The position numbers and the translations under genes were made by a program. This document shows, piece by piece, positions 29,569-36,418 of a DNA stretch of 36,418 nt (positions are counted from its first letter, which is position 1; each line of letters starts with the position of its first letter). Origin of the DNA: a virus (lineage: Duplodnaviria; Caudoviricetes); IMG/VR virus record IMGVR_UViG_3300017912_003008, positions 1-36,418 of that record, one strand, 5' to 3'. Below the pieces are notes generated by a model that ran no database searches, was not told the origin of the DNA, and was given only the letters and a program-made list of their open reading frames with translations.

Positions 29569-29763
29569 ATGGACAAGCACAAGCTAGATCAATTGGGGAA
29601 GCTCATCCTCAGGTCAATTGAAGAAGAGGATTACGATAGGGTCATCGGACTCCTGTCAATCCAAGTAGCATACTTTCACCGCAAGAGCGAGACATATAAA
29701 CTTCTGTTTCCCTTGTTCTTTGTTGGTGGCTTCTTAGCAGGATACTTCCTGGGTATCTACTGA
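29569..29763 (+). CDS. Small protein with C-terminal TM helix
   Basis: C-terminus LLFPLFFVGGFLAGYFLGIY. Confidence 0.6.
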   Translation: MDKHKLDQLGKLILRSIEEEDYDRVIGLLSIQVAYFHRKSETYKLLFPLFFVGGFLAGYFLGIY

Positions 29764-30401
29764 GGACCATACATTTGCTTAAGAAGGTTAGCCATGCCTA
29801 ACTTCTGCTCTTCTGTTTCGCACAGATACCATTTATAGGCGATAGTCTTTTGCTTGCCCTCTATCTCTTGTTTGAGTTGTCTGATAGATGCCATTAGAGA
29901 ATTATTCTCTGTCAGGATCATACCATCAGGAACTTCTATACCATACTTTATGCCAAGTGATACCAATTCGGCTAGGTTGTTATTTTCGTATGCTTCTTTA
30001 GCTTTTAGGAAGTCGTCAACCGTATCATTGGTGCCAGTGCGATCTGGATGAGTCTTCTCTACTAGCTTGCGGAACATCTTCTTTACTTCAGGATCTTTTG
30101 GTGCTTTATTCTCGTTTATTTCAACATCTTCTTCGTCTAAATCACTTTCAGGCGGCATCTCTGGCTCAGGCACTGGATCGGCTACAACTGTTGACAAAGC
30201 TGCTTCATCTGCCTCTTCCGTTTCATCGGCAGGTGCTTCTTGTCCACGGGATCTTAAAAGCTCTTTCCACCATTCTTCGCTTCTTAGAGATCTGTCGCCG
30301 TGTTCGCAGCACTCAATTATATAATCAAGCTCTAGCTTTATGAAGTCATACTCACGTCTCAACTTCATGTTAAGTCGCTTGGCTTTCTCGGTGTTAATCA
30401 T
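29757..30401 (-). CDS. J-domain (DnaJ-like) protein
   Basis: EVKKMFRKLVEKTHPDR...DFLKAKEAYE, with the HPD motif, flanked by coiled coils. Confidence 0.8.
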   Translation of the reverse strand: MINTEKAKRLNMKLRREYDFIKLELDYIIECCEHGDRSLRSEEWWKELLRSRGQEAPADETEEADEAALSTVVADPVPEPEMPPESDLDEEDVEINENKAPKDPEVKKMFRKLVEKTHPDRTGTNDTVDDFLKAKEAYENNNLAELVSLGIKYGIEVPDGMILTENNSLMASIRQLKQEIEGKQKTIAYKWYLCETEEQKLGMANLLKQMYGPQ

Positions 30402-30406
30402 AGTAT

Positions 30407-30415
30407 AATAAATAG
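30407..30415 (-). promoter_or_regulatory. Putative phage late-promoter motif CTATTTATT on the minus strand
   Basis: Minus strand reads CTATTTA-ttatact-ATG, so the motif follows gene orientation; no room for an RBS. Confidence 0.55.
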
Positions 30416-30422
30416 AAATTCG

Positions 30423-30451
30423 TTTACATATTTAGTATGATGTGGTAATAA
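30423..30451 (+). promoter_or_regulatory. Sigma70-like promoter, divergent from the J-domain gene
   Basis: TTTACA (30423-30428), 17 nt spacer, TGgTAATAA. Confidence 0.5.
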
Positions 30452-30480
30452 TATAAGTAAGGAATAAGAAAGGAAACCTT

Positions 30481-30762
30481 GTGTCACAACCCACTGTCAA
30501 CTACCAACAGATTTACAATGATCATCTAGAAGATAACCTTAAGGATTCTCTTGGTCTACCCTCTAGGTTTAGCGATCTGAATGAAGACAATAAGAGACTT
30601 GTTGAAGCTTTAGTTGACTACAGTTACAACTACTTCTGCGACATCTTGCTGCAACACGAGCAAGTTAAAGATCTGGAATACTTATCCAAAGAGATTTCAG
30701 AAACACTAGACGGTCTACTGCTTAGCATCAGAGATCTCAAGGGGTCACTCCTGAATGTCTGA
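30481..30762 (+). CDS. Hypothetical protein
   Basis: GAAAGGA RBS, GTG start. Confidence 0.7.
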   Translation: MSQPTVNYQQIYNDHLEDNLKDSLGLPSRFSDLNEDNKRLVEALVDYSYNYFCDILLQHEQVKDLEYLSKEISETLDGLLLSIRDLKGSLLNV

Positions 30763-31072
30763 CGAGCCAAAGAAGACTCCGCCTCGCAAGGATCGGATCA
30801 GAGCTAAGAAAGGCTCACACAAGCTGACCAAGCGTCAGATAGAAATGATTCGTTCGCAGAAAGGCAAGATGAGTGTGAGGCAGATTGCAAAGTGGTTTGC
30901 AAAGAAGAACCACTATCAGATTAAGATCAGCCCTTCAATGGTCTATGGCATTCTAACAGAGAAATACCACAAACCCGAAGAGAGTAAGACTTCAATCTAT
31001 GACTTGATTGAGAATGAAACATCTGAGGAAGAACTAGAAAATATTGATCCAAAGGATATCAAATATGACTAA
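30755..31072 (+). CDS. HTH DNA-binding protein
   Basis: KLTKRQIEMIRS...SVRQIAKWF...ISPSMVYGIL. Confidence 0.7.
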   Translation: MSDEPKKTPPRKDRIRAKKGSHKLTKRQIEMIRSQKGKMSVRQIAKWFAKKNHYQIKISPSMVYGILTEKYHKPEESKTSIYDLIENETSEEELENIDPKDIKYD

Positions 31073-31319
31073 AAGAAATGCTGAAAACATTATCTATGAG
31101 GTTGGCGACGTTGAATACAGCGCAATGACTGGTAACATTAAGATGACAGTCGTTCTAAATCCAGAGGCCATAGAGCTAATCAAGAAGAATACCTATAACC
31201 CTAATGCTAACCCTGCTGAAGTTGCTGGGGCTGTCCGAGAAATGCTTTACAGAATCACATACATGGATTATTATAGAGGTGGAATGGCAAGGATGGACGT
31301 TGTAGAAAATGGGGAGTAG
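31065..31319 (+). CDS. Hypothetical protein
   Basis: AAGGA RBS before ATG 31065. Confidence 0.65.
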   Translation: MTKRNAENIIYEVGDVEYSAMTGNIKMTVVLNPEAIELIKKNTYNPNANPAEVAGAVREMLYRITYMDYYRGGMARMDVVENGE

Positions 31320-31776
31320 AGGTCTACCAACCAATGGCAAGTGGAGGTTCCTCGGCGGACGATTGATTCCCTGTATGCGAACGGTCCTGCTAGATGCCAA
31401 GAAGAATAACCTTACGTTTCACATTGGGACTGATAGCAAACCCTTCAAGAACTTTACAATTGTCAGCACTGCTATTTGTTTGCGAGAGGATAGTAAGGGT
31501 GTGATCGTTGCTTACCGCAGGAAAAAAGTGAACAACTTCCACTCGCTAGCTGAACGTCTTATGCATGAGACTACAGAGTCTATCACAGTCGCTAACATAG
31601 TTTCCGAAGTGGTAGACTGTATACCAGTGATCCACTCTGACGTTAACGTGAAGGAAAGCGCCGAGAGCACAAAGATGATGACAACTATCTCTGGCATGGT
31701 TAAAGGGATGGGATATGAAATTAGACTTAAACCAAATGCATGGGCTGCTGACATTGCAGACATGTTTACACGTTAG
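31309..31776 (+). CDS. RNase H-like YkuK (DUF458) family protein
   Basis: FHIGTDS, RLMHET, IHSDVN, KPNAWAA. Confidence 0.78.
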   Translation: MGSRGLPTNGKWRFLGGRLIPCMRTVLLDAKKNNLTFHIGTDSKPFKNFTIVSTAICLREDSKGVIVAYRRKKVNNFHSLAERLMHETTESITVANIVSEVVDCIPVIHSDVNVKESAESTKMMTTISGMVKGMGYEIRLKPNAWAADIADMFTR

Positions 31777-31784
31777 GAGGAAGC

Positions 31785-31979
31785 GTGAAAGTAAAAGACC
31801 TTATCAAGAAACTAGGGAACTTTGACCCAGAGAGCGATATCGTTCTTAGGCATCCTGATACTTGTAATAACCCTTATGCAGTTGTGTCCAAAGAGATCCG
31901 AGTGTTCTGCGATCTGGCTGATGGCGAAGTCTGCATTGATGGGCACGACAAAGAATTAGTTAGGATGAAGTACGCATGA
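31785..31979 (+). CDS. Hypothetical protein
   Basis: AGGAGG RBS; N-terminus MKVKDLIKKLGNFDPE. Confidence 0.7.
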   Translation: MKVKDLIKKLGNFDPESDIVLRHPDTCNNPYAVVSKEIRVFCDLADGEVCIDGHDKELVRMKYA

Positions 31980-32533
31980 AGAAGTATCAGATTGTTTACG
32001 CTGATCCTCCTTGGGATTACAAAGGACAACTCCAGCACACAGGCAAGGGCGGCAAGGACAGCGGCGGAGCGCTTCGGCACTATCCCTGTATGAAGTTGTC
32101 TGAGCTTAAGGAGCTAAACATTCCTGATCTCTGTGATGATGATTGCTTACTGTTCATGTGGGCTACGAGTCCACACCTTGACCAAGCAATTGACCTAATG
32201 AAGGCTTGGGGATTCTCTTGGGCCACCGTAGGATTCGTATGGGATAAGCAGAAAGTAAACCCTGGATTCTACACGATGAGCCAGGTAGAACTTTGCTTGA
32301 TTGGCAAACGAGGAAAGATCCCAAAGCCACGAGGTGCTCGCAACATTCGCCAACTGGTGTCAGAGATGCGAGGCAAGCACAGTGCTAAACCTGCTGAGGT
32401 TAGGAAGCGGATTGAAGAGATGTTCCCAGAGCAAGCCAAGATTGAATTGTTTGCCAGAGAAGAGGTAGAAGGCTGGGACTGCCATGGCAATGAAGTAGAA
32501 GCTAACGTTACGCTTGGAGAGGCTGAGCTTTGA
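31976..32533 (+). CDS. MT-A70 family N6-adenine methyltransferase
   Basis: YADPPW, LFMWAT, AWGF, ELCLIG, HSAKP, IELFAR. Confidence 0.92.
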   Translation: MKKYQIVYADPPWDYKGQLQHTGKGGKDSGGALRHYPCMKLSELKELNIPDLCDDDCLLFMWATSPHLDQAIDLMKAWGFSWATVGFVWDKQKVNPGFYTMSQVELCLIGKRGKIPKPRGARNIRQLVSEMRGKHSAKPAEVRKRIEEMFPEQAKIELFAREEVEGWDCHGNEVEANVTLGEAEL

Positions 32534-33099
32534 TTGACGGTAAAGACCTAGTAAAAGATCAGAAAGAATGTTTTGGATGTGGCTGCAATTTGAAGCCAGC
32601 TTGCCCAGGCTACTGGGACAATAAGGAAGAATGTAAAATGAAAGTAAGAGTACAGAAAGTACATGAGAATGCAAAGATGCCAGTACGGGCACACCCAACA
32701 GATGCAGGGATGGACTTGTTCTTTTGTCCGCCACCCAGAGCAGAGCTAGACTCACAGATTGAAACTGTGTTGCCGTTTGGTTCTTCAATCATTCCAACTG
32801 GATTAAAGATTGAAGTGCCAGAGGGATACATGCTAGAGATCAAGAACAAGTCAGGCATTGCTTCTAAGCGTGGGCTGCTCGTTGGTGCCTGCGTTGTAGA
32901 CCGAGGTTACACTGGGGAGATCTTTGTGAACCTACACAATGTGACTCACCGTAATCAGACTCTACACGAGGGAGACAAGATCGCTCAGGCTGTGCTTGTA
33001 AAGATCACAACAAACGTAGAGCTTGTAGAGGCAGACAGCATTTACGACGAAGACACCAGCCGAGGCGAAGGTGCACTAGGATCAACAGGCGACAGATAA
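32530..33099 (+). CDS. dut: Trimeric dUTPase; core starts at 32638, with an in-frame Cys-rich N-terminal extension
   Basis: AGMDL, IPTGL, KSG, VVDRGYTGEI, GDKIAQ, RGEGALGSTG. Confidence 0.92.
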   Translation: MIDGKDLVKDQKECFGCGCNLKPACPGYWDNKEECKMKVRVQKVHENAKMPVRAHPTDAGMDLFFCPPPRAELDSQIETVLPFGSSIIPTGLKIEVPEGYMLEIKNKSGIASKRGLLVGACVVDRGYTGEIFVNLHNVTHRNQTLHEGDKIAQAVLVKITTNVELVEADSIYDEDTSRGEGALGSTGDR

Positions 33100-33113
33100 A
33101 AAAAGATATTTCC

Positions 33114-33141
33114 TTGACGCATACTCTATCCGTGGTATTAT
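33114..33141 (+). promoter_or_regulatory. Sigma70-like promoter
   Basis: TTGACG (33114-33119), 16 nt spacer, TGgTATTAT; AAGGGAG RBS follows. Confidence 0.6.
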
Positions 33142-33157
33142 AAATTGTAAGGGAGAT

Positions 33158-34156
33158 GTGAGTATGAGTTACCGTAGAGACGTGCGTTGTAGTAACTGTA
33201 ATGAGCTTGGGCACAATCGTGCTACCTGCCCACAGATTATTAGCTCGCACAAACACATTGTTGATATGGCAAAGAAGTACGGTGTTCAGAATCCGTATGA
33301 CCAGCCAGATTTTGAAGACAATCTTTACGTCAGTACGGGTTGGATTCATGAGATTAATGAAGCCATTGTAAAGGCACGCCTAGCAGGCGAGACCGAAGAT
33401 CAGGAGATCCCTTACTGGCAACGTGTTCGCTGGGAAGAGCACGAAGAGCGCCTTCGGGCAAACAAGCAGCGCCGTGGCAAGCGCCGTCAATGTGGCTTCT
33501 GTGGTCGGCATGGGCATAACGCTCGGACCTGTGAACTGAAGAAGCAGTTTCTCAGGGACTCCGAAGCTCTCAAGGCTCTCGCTCACCGAGTGGTTGCAGC
33601 AGGTCTTGAAGAGGCAGGCTTGGTCCCTGGTGCTTTGATCAAGGTTCGGAGGTATGACTACCAAGCAGGCGAGTATGCTAACATGCTGGCAGTAGTTACG
33701 GGCATTAACTGGGAGCAGGTGGGTGCTTATGATCCTAAGTCGCCTAGGAAGCCTGACTTTCTAAACAATTGGTTTGGTGCTCATGACATTATTGAGTATC
33801 AGCTTTGCCACAATGGACAGGTCGGCAGTTGCCACATCCCTAGACACAGCGCCATCCAGCCCAATCCATCGGCTCTTGAATCCATTGATCGGGCCCAAGT
33901 TGATGGGTTTTCGCTACTGCCAGGTGCTGATGTGCCTCGCTTAGCAGAGAATGGGTACATGGGCGATAACATTTTGATGCTTAGCCAGGAAGCACAAAAG
34001 ATTGACTCCTACGTCGCCAAAGTCAAAGGCTGGGACAAGCCGCTGTTCCCCGAGGCTAGCGCAGACTATGCTCGCTTGGTTTACAAGCTGATCCAGGAGG
34101 TTGGCGGCAATCTAGATCGTCCACTTGATTATCTCAAGCGCCGAGGGGCTGCATAA
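33158..34156 (+). CDS. Protein with two CCHC zinc knuckles
   Basis: CSNCNELGHNRATC and CGFCGRHGHNARTC (C-x2-C-x4-H-x4-C). Confidence 0.8.
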   Translation: MSMSYRRDVRCSNCNELGHNRATCPQIISSHKHIVDMAKKYGVQNPYDQPDFEDNLYVSTGWIHEINEAIVKARLAGETEDQEIPYWQRVRWEEHEERLRANKQRRGKRRQCGFCGRHGHNARTCELKKQFLRDSEALKALAHRVVAAGLEEAGLVPGALIKVRRYDYQAGEYANMLAVVTGINWEQVGAYDPKSPRKPDFLNNWFGAHDIIEYQLCHNGQVGSCHIPRHSAIQPNPSALESIDRAQVDGFSLLPGADVPRLAENGYMGDNILMLSQEAQKIDSYVAKVKGWDKPLFPEASADYARLVYKLIQEVGGNLDRPLDYLKRRGAA

Positions 34157-34194
34157 GATCTCTCTCAAGAAAGTATTTCAAGAAAGGATACAAT

Positions 34195-34428
34195 ATGTCT
34201 TGGGCAACTAAAGTACAGAAAACAATGGACACTTACAAAGAGGCTACAGGTCGTCTGCAAGATACGATCAAGCTAGTGCAAAAAGCTAAGGAGTACACAG
34301 AAGAGTATGACAACGGTTGTCGCTCTTATGTTGACATGCATAATGCAGAGCTAGCTTTAAACAGTTGCCTTCAACTTATTGAAGAAGCATCAGATTATTT
34401 AGCTCGTGATATGTTTGGCGATGACTAA
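34195..34428 (+). CDS. Hypothetical helical protein
   Basis: GAAAGGA RBS. Confidence 0.7.
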   Translation: MSWATKVQKTMDTYKEATGRLQDTIKLVQKAKEYTEEYDNGCRSYVDMHNAELALNSCLQLIEEASDYLARDMFGDD

Positions 34429-34496
34429 AAATAAACTAAACAAATATATATTATATCTGTTATAGTACAGAAAGATAAAGAAGGAGGCATTTGATT

Positions 34497-34673
34497 ATGT
34501 CTAATATTGTAGAAAACTGGGAAAACCTAAAAGAACTCATTGAGAGTTTAGAAGCAGATCTCAATAAGACAGCAGGCGGTAACAAAGCTGCTGGTGTTCG
34601 CTTACGTAAAGGCTTGCGCACTATTAAGAACCAAGCCGCTGCACTAGTCAAAGAGAGTTTGCAGCAAGACTAA
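34497..34673 (+). CDS. Histone H1-like (Hc1-family) small protein
   Basis: GNKAAGVRLRKGLRTIK signature; AAGGAGG RBS. Confidence 0.75.
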   Translation: MSNIVENWENLKELIESLEADLNKTAGGNKAAGVRLRKGLRTIKNQAAALVKESLQQD

Positions 34674-34694
34674 TCCATAGCGATGGTCCTACAT

Positions 34695-34775
34695 CTATAA
34701 CTTCCATCCCAGACGTAACACGCATAGTGCAATACCTATCGGGACCGTGGGTAGTTGCGTCTGGGTTGCTTATAG
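34695..34775 (+). ncRNA. Unassigned structured RNA (three-way junction) in a 5' leader
   Basis: 12-bp stem 34708-34719/34754-34765 enclosing two hairpins; outer stem CTATAA/TTATAG; G-U pairs favour the + strand. Confidence 0.5.
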
Positions 34776-34785
34776 GAGCTTAGCA

Positions 34786-34914
34786 TTGTATAGATTGATG
34801 AGCAGTGTGCTTTTCTTCTTTGCTAGAATCTTAACACGTCGTGGTAACCTTCTAGGCCAATGGCTACATAACAAAGGTATGTTGTTGGCAGTGAAGGGAC
34901 ACAAGAACAAATGA
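34786..34914 (+). CDS. 42-aa hypothetical peptide
   Basis: AGGAG RBS then TTG 34786 (or ATG 34798); ATGA overlap with the next ORF. Confidence 0.5.
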   Translation: MYRLMSSVLFFFARILTRRGNLLGQWLHNKGMLLAVKGHKNK

Positions 34915-35027
34915 GCCTATCACTAGATGAAGTCGTAGAGCTTATGAAGAAGTACGAACAACTAAAAGAATCAGACAAGAAAGAAGACAGTCATGATGCA
35001 GATTCTCAGCACGTCAGACCCAGTTGA
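34911..35027 (+). CDS. 38-aa hypothetical peptide MSLSLDEVVELMKKYEQLK...
   Basis: ATGA coupling; AAGGGA upstream. Confidence 0.5.
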   Translation: MSLSLDEVVELMKKYEQLKESDKKEDSHDADSQHVRPS

Positions 35028-35145
35028 TATTTTCCTAATCTACTTGATTGTAGCTATTGGGTCCATCGGAGCGATTAGCTTAGCTTCAGATATCTTTGGA
35101 ATGTTTGCAGACTTCTATAAGAAATTAGATGGGGGCAATAAATGA
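34993..35145 (+). CDS. 50-aa membrane peptide
   Basis: IFLIYLIVAIGSIGAISLA; ATGA coupling to the next ORF. Confidence 0.5.
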   Translation: MMQILSTSDPVDIFLIYLIVAIGSIGAISLASDIFGMFADFYKKLDGGNK

Positions 35146-35282
35146 TTAGTGCAATTTTTATTACCGCTGGTTGGATCGCCTTGTTTTTGCTTGGCGGTCT
35201 AGTACTTAGCAAAATGGTTCATGACTTTGTTGGTTTTGTGGCAGAGTCTATCAGAAAGGAAAATGACCGTGACCGATACTGA
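35142..35282 (+). CDS. 46-aa membrane peptide
   Basis: GGGGG RBS; MISAIFITAGWIALFLLGGLVL. Confidence 0.55.
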   Translation: MISAIFITAGWIALFLLGGLVLSKMVHDFVGFVAESIRKENDRDRY

Positions 35283-35502
35283 ATTTGAAAGCACAGTAAA
35301 AGAGTTTGTAAGCAGGCTCACCACTATTGAAAATGAGATCACGCTGCTTCGTCAGGACCGCTCCGAATTGTTTGCGGAGATGAAAGAGAAACTAGATATT
35401 AAATCTTTCAGGGCTGCACTAAAGATCTATAAAATTCAAACAGCAACACCAGATCAACATTCTTTGCATAAAATTTTAACAGTTCTTGAAACACAAGAAT
35501 AG
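35263..35502 (+). CDS. GapR/DUF2312-like (T4 DsbA-like) dsDNA-binding protein
   Basis: VKEFVSRLTTIENEITLLRQDRSELFAEMKEKLDIKSFRAALKI pattern; GAAAGGA RBS. Start moved from 35221 to 35263 or 35269. Confidence 0.65.
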   Translation: MTVTDTEFESTVKEFVSRLTTIENEITLLRQDRSELFAEMKEKLDIKSFRAALKIYKIQTATPDQHSLHKILTVLETQE

Positions 35503-35512
35503 TTAAATTGTT

Positions 35513-36003
35513 ATGGGGTAAAGACAAAGAACGATAAACTAGAGATTTGTGTCGCCTTCTACAAGGGTGAAGGTCGGTGGCACCACCATATCGTTCGCTG
35601 GTCAACTCAAAGCAAATACTCACATGCTGAATTGATAATGCCCGATGGTAAATCAATTAGCATCAGACCGTTTGACGAGCACGGTGTTAGCAAACGAAGG
35701 TTCTATGAGACAGAGCCTGTTGAAGACTACGATATGATCTGTGTTCCAGTAACACAAGAACAGGTAGATACGATAGAGTTGTTCTTTCGTGATACCAAAG
35801 GTGACAGCTATGACTGGCCTGGCATGATCCTGTCTAAGGTCACACCATTCTTTATAAAGCGCACTGGTCGCTGGTACTGCTCAGAGTGGATTGCATACGC
35901 CCTACGCTTGGCAGGAGCAGTAGATAGCTTGTATCACTACAACGACCTAACACCACAAAGACTCTATGAGATATTGGAGAAGTATGCCAGCGAGAACTCT
36001 TAA
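35513..36003 (+). CDS. Permuted papain-like (NlpC/P60, YiiX-like) protein with an anomalous 5' end
   Basis: The frame upstream of 35632 reads AFYKG...IVRWSTQSKYSHAEL (His), with GDSYDW and WYCSEW (Cys) downstream. The nearest upstream ATG (35513) is one base out of frame. Confidence 0.65.
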
Positions 36004-36205
36004 GCCAGGCACAGTGGTGATAATATACAAGCCTAATGTACAGGCATTCCACAATCAGATTGGAATTGTGAAAGAGTATCTCCGAGCATTTAAGTACGAT
36101 TGCTTTACTTCAAGCGGACGGTCTCAGAAGAAGAAGTATTACTTTTCAGTAGCTTTGCAGGAGGGATCTTATGTGTTCCCTCATGATGAATTGAAAGTTT
36201 TGTAG
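35984..36205 (+). CDS. Small KOW/SH3-like protein
   Basis: GGAG RBS before ATG 35984; LKPGTVVII...IGIVKE...FPHDELKVL. Confidence 0.65.
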   Translation: MPARTLKPGTVVIIYKPNVQAFHNQIGIVKEYLRAFKYDCFTSSGRSQKKKYYFSVALQEGSYVFPHDELKVL

Positions 36206-36278
36206 AAAGTAACTTTTTTACTATACAGGATCTTATTATGTGCTAATATGGTGATATAAAATATAGAGGAGATACCTG

Positions 36279-36418
36279 TTGTCTAACCAAGTAAAACCCA
36301 AACGAACATATATCAATATCACAACCCAGTCGCAAATAATAGCACAATTATTAAGCGATGCTGCTGGCAACCGCTGGTACTCAGAACTTGTCCATCACGA
36401 TGGCAGCGGGGTTGTAGA
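36279..36418 (+). CDS. 5' end of a hypothetical protein (partial)
   Basis: GAGGAG RBS, TTG 36279, frame open to the end of the window. Confidence 0.55.
   Translation, partial: MSNQVKPKRTYINITTQSQIIAQLLSDAAGNRWYSELVHHDGSGVV

Noticed and set aside
31785-31979. MKVKDLIKKL N-terminus as another copy of the leader
   Set aside because: It lacks the KIT..QL..IIxEE pattern and the closing I-x-E, and lies in an operon behind a sigma70-like promoter.
34683-34788. Structured element as a tRNA, retron msr-msd or hammerhead ribozyme
   Set aside because: No cloverleaf or T-loop GTTC, no reverse transcriptase in the window, and no CUGANGA/GAAA core.

Overview
This window looks like a gene-dense segment of a large (jumbo-type) tailed-phage genome, almost entirely on the + strand. 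Replication and nucleotide genes: class II ribonucleotide reductase, DnaE, IMPDH/GMPR, dUTPase, glutaredoxin. Proteostasis genes: GroES, GroEL, J-domain protein, FKBP, ClpP, site-2 protease, trypsin-like protease. It also has two candidate adenine-modifying enzymes (Mom-like, MT-A70) and many small hypothetical genes. I found no rRNA, tRNA, CRISPR array or transposase. Four signals are unexplained. (1) A tandem array at 10749-13995 holds seven genes; six carry an MKIT(K/V)x(Q/E)Lxx(I/M/V)IxE-type N-terminal leader on unrelated cargo, and the leader is also repeated at DNA level. It resembles a capsid-targeting, protease-cleaved tag system. (2) A non-sigma70 motif, CTA(T/G)TTA, precedes these and other genes in the sense orientation. 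(3) TCGA, CCGG and CGCG appear to be absent. (4) A structured RNA at about 34.7 kb overlaps a ribosome-binding site. All functional calls come from reading motifs by eye; no database search was run.
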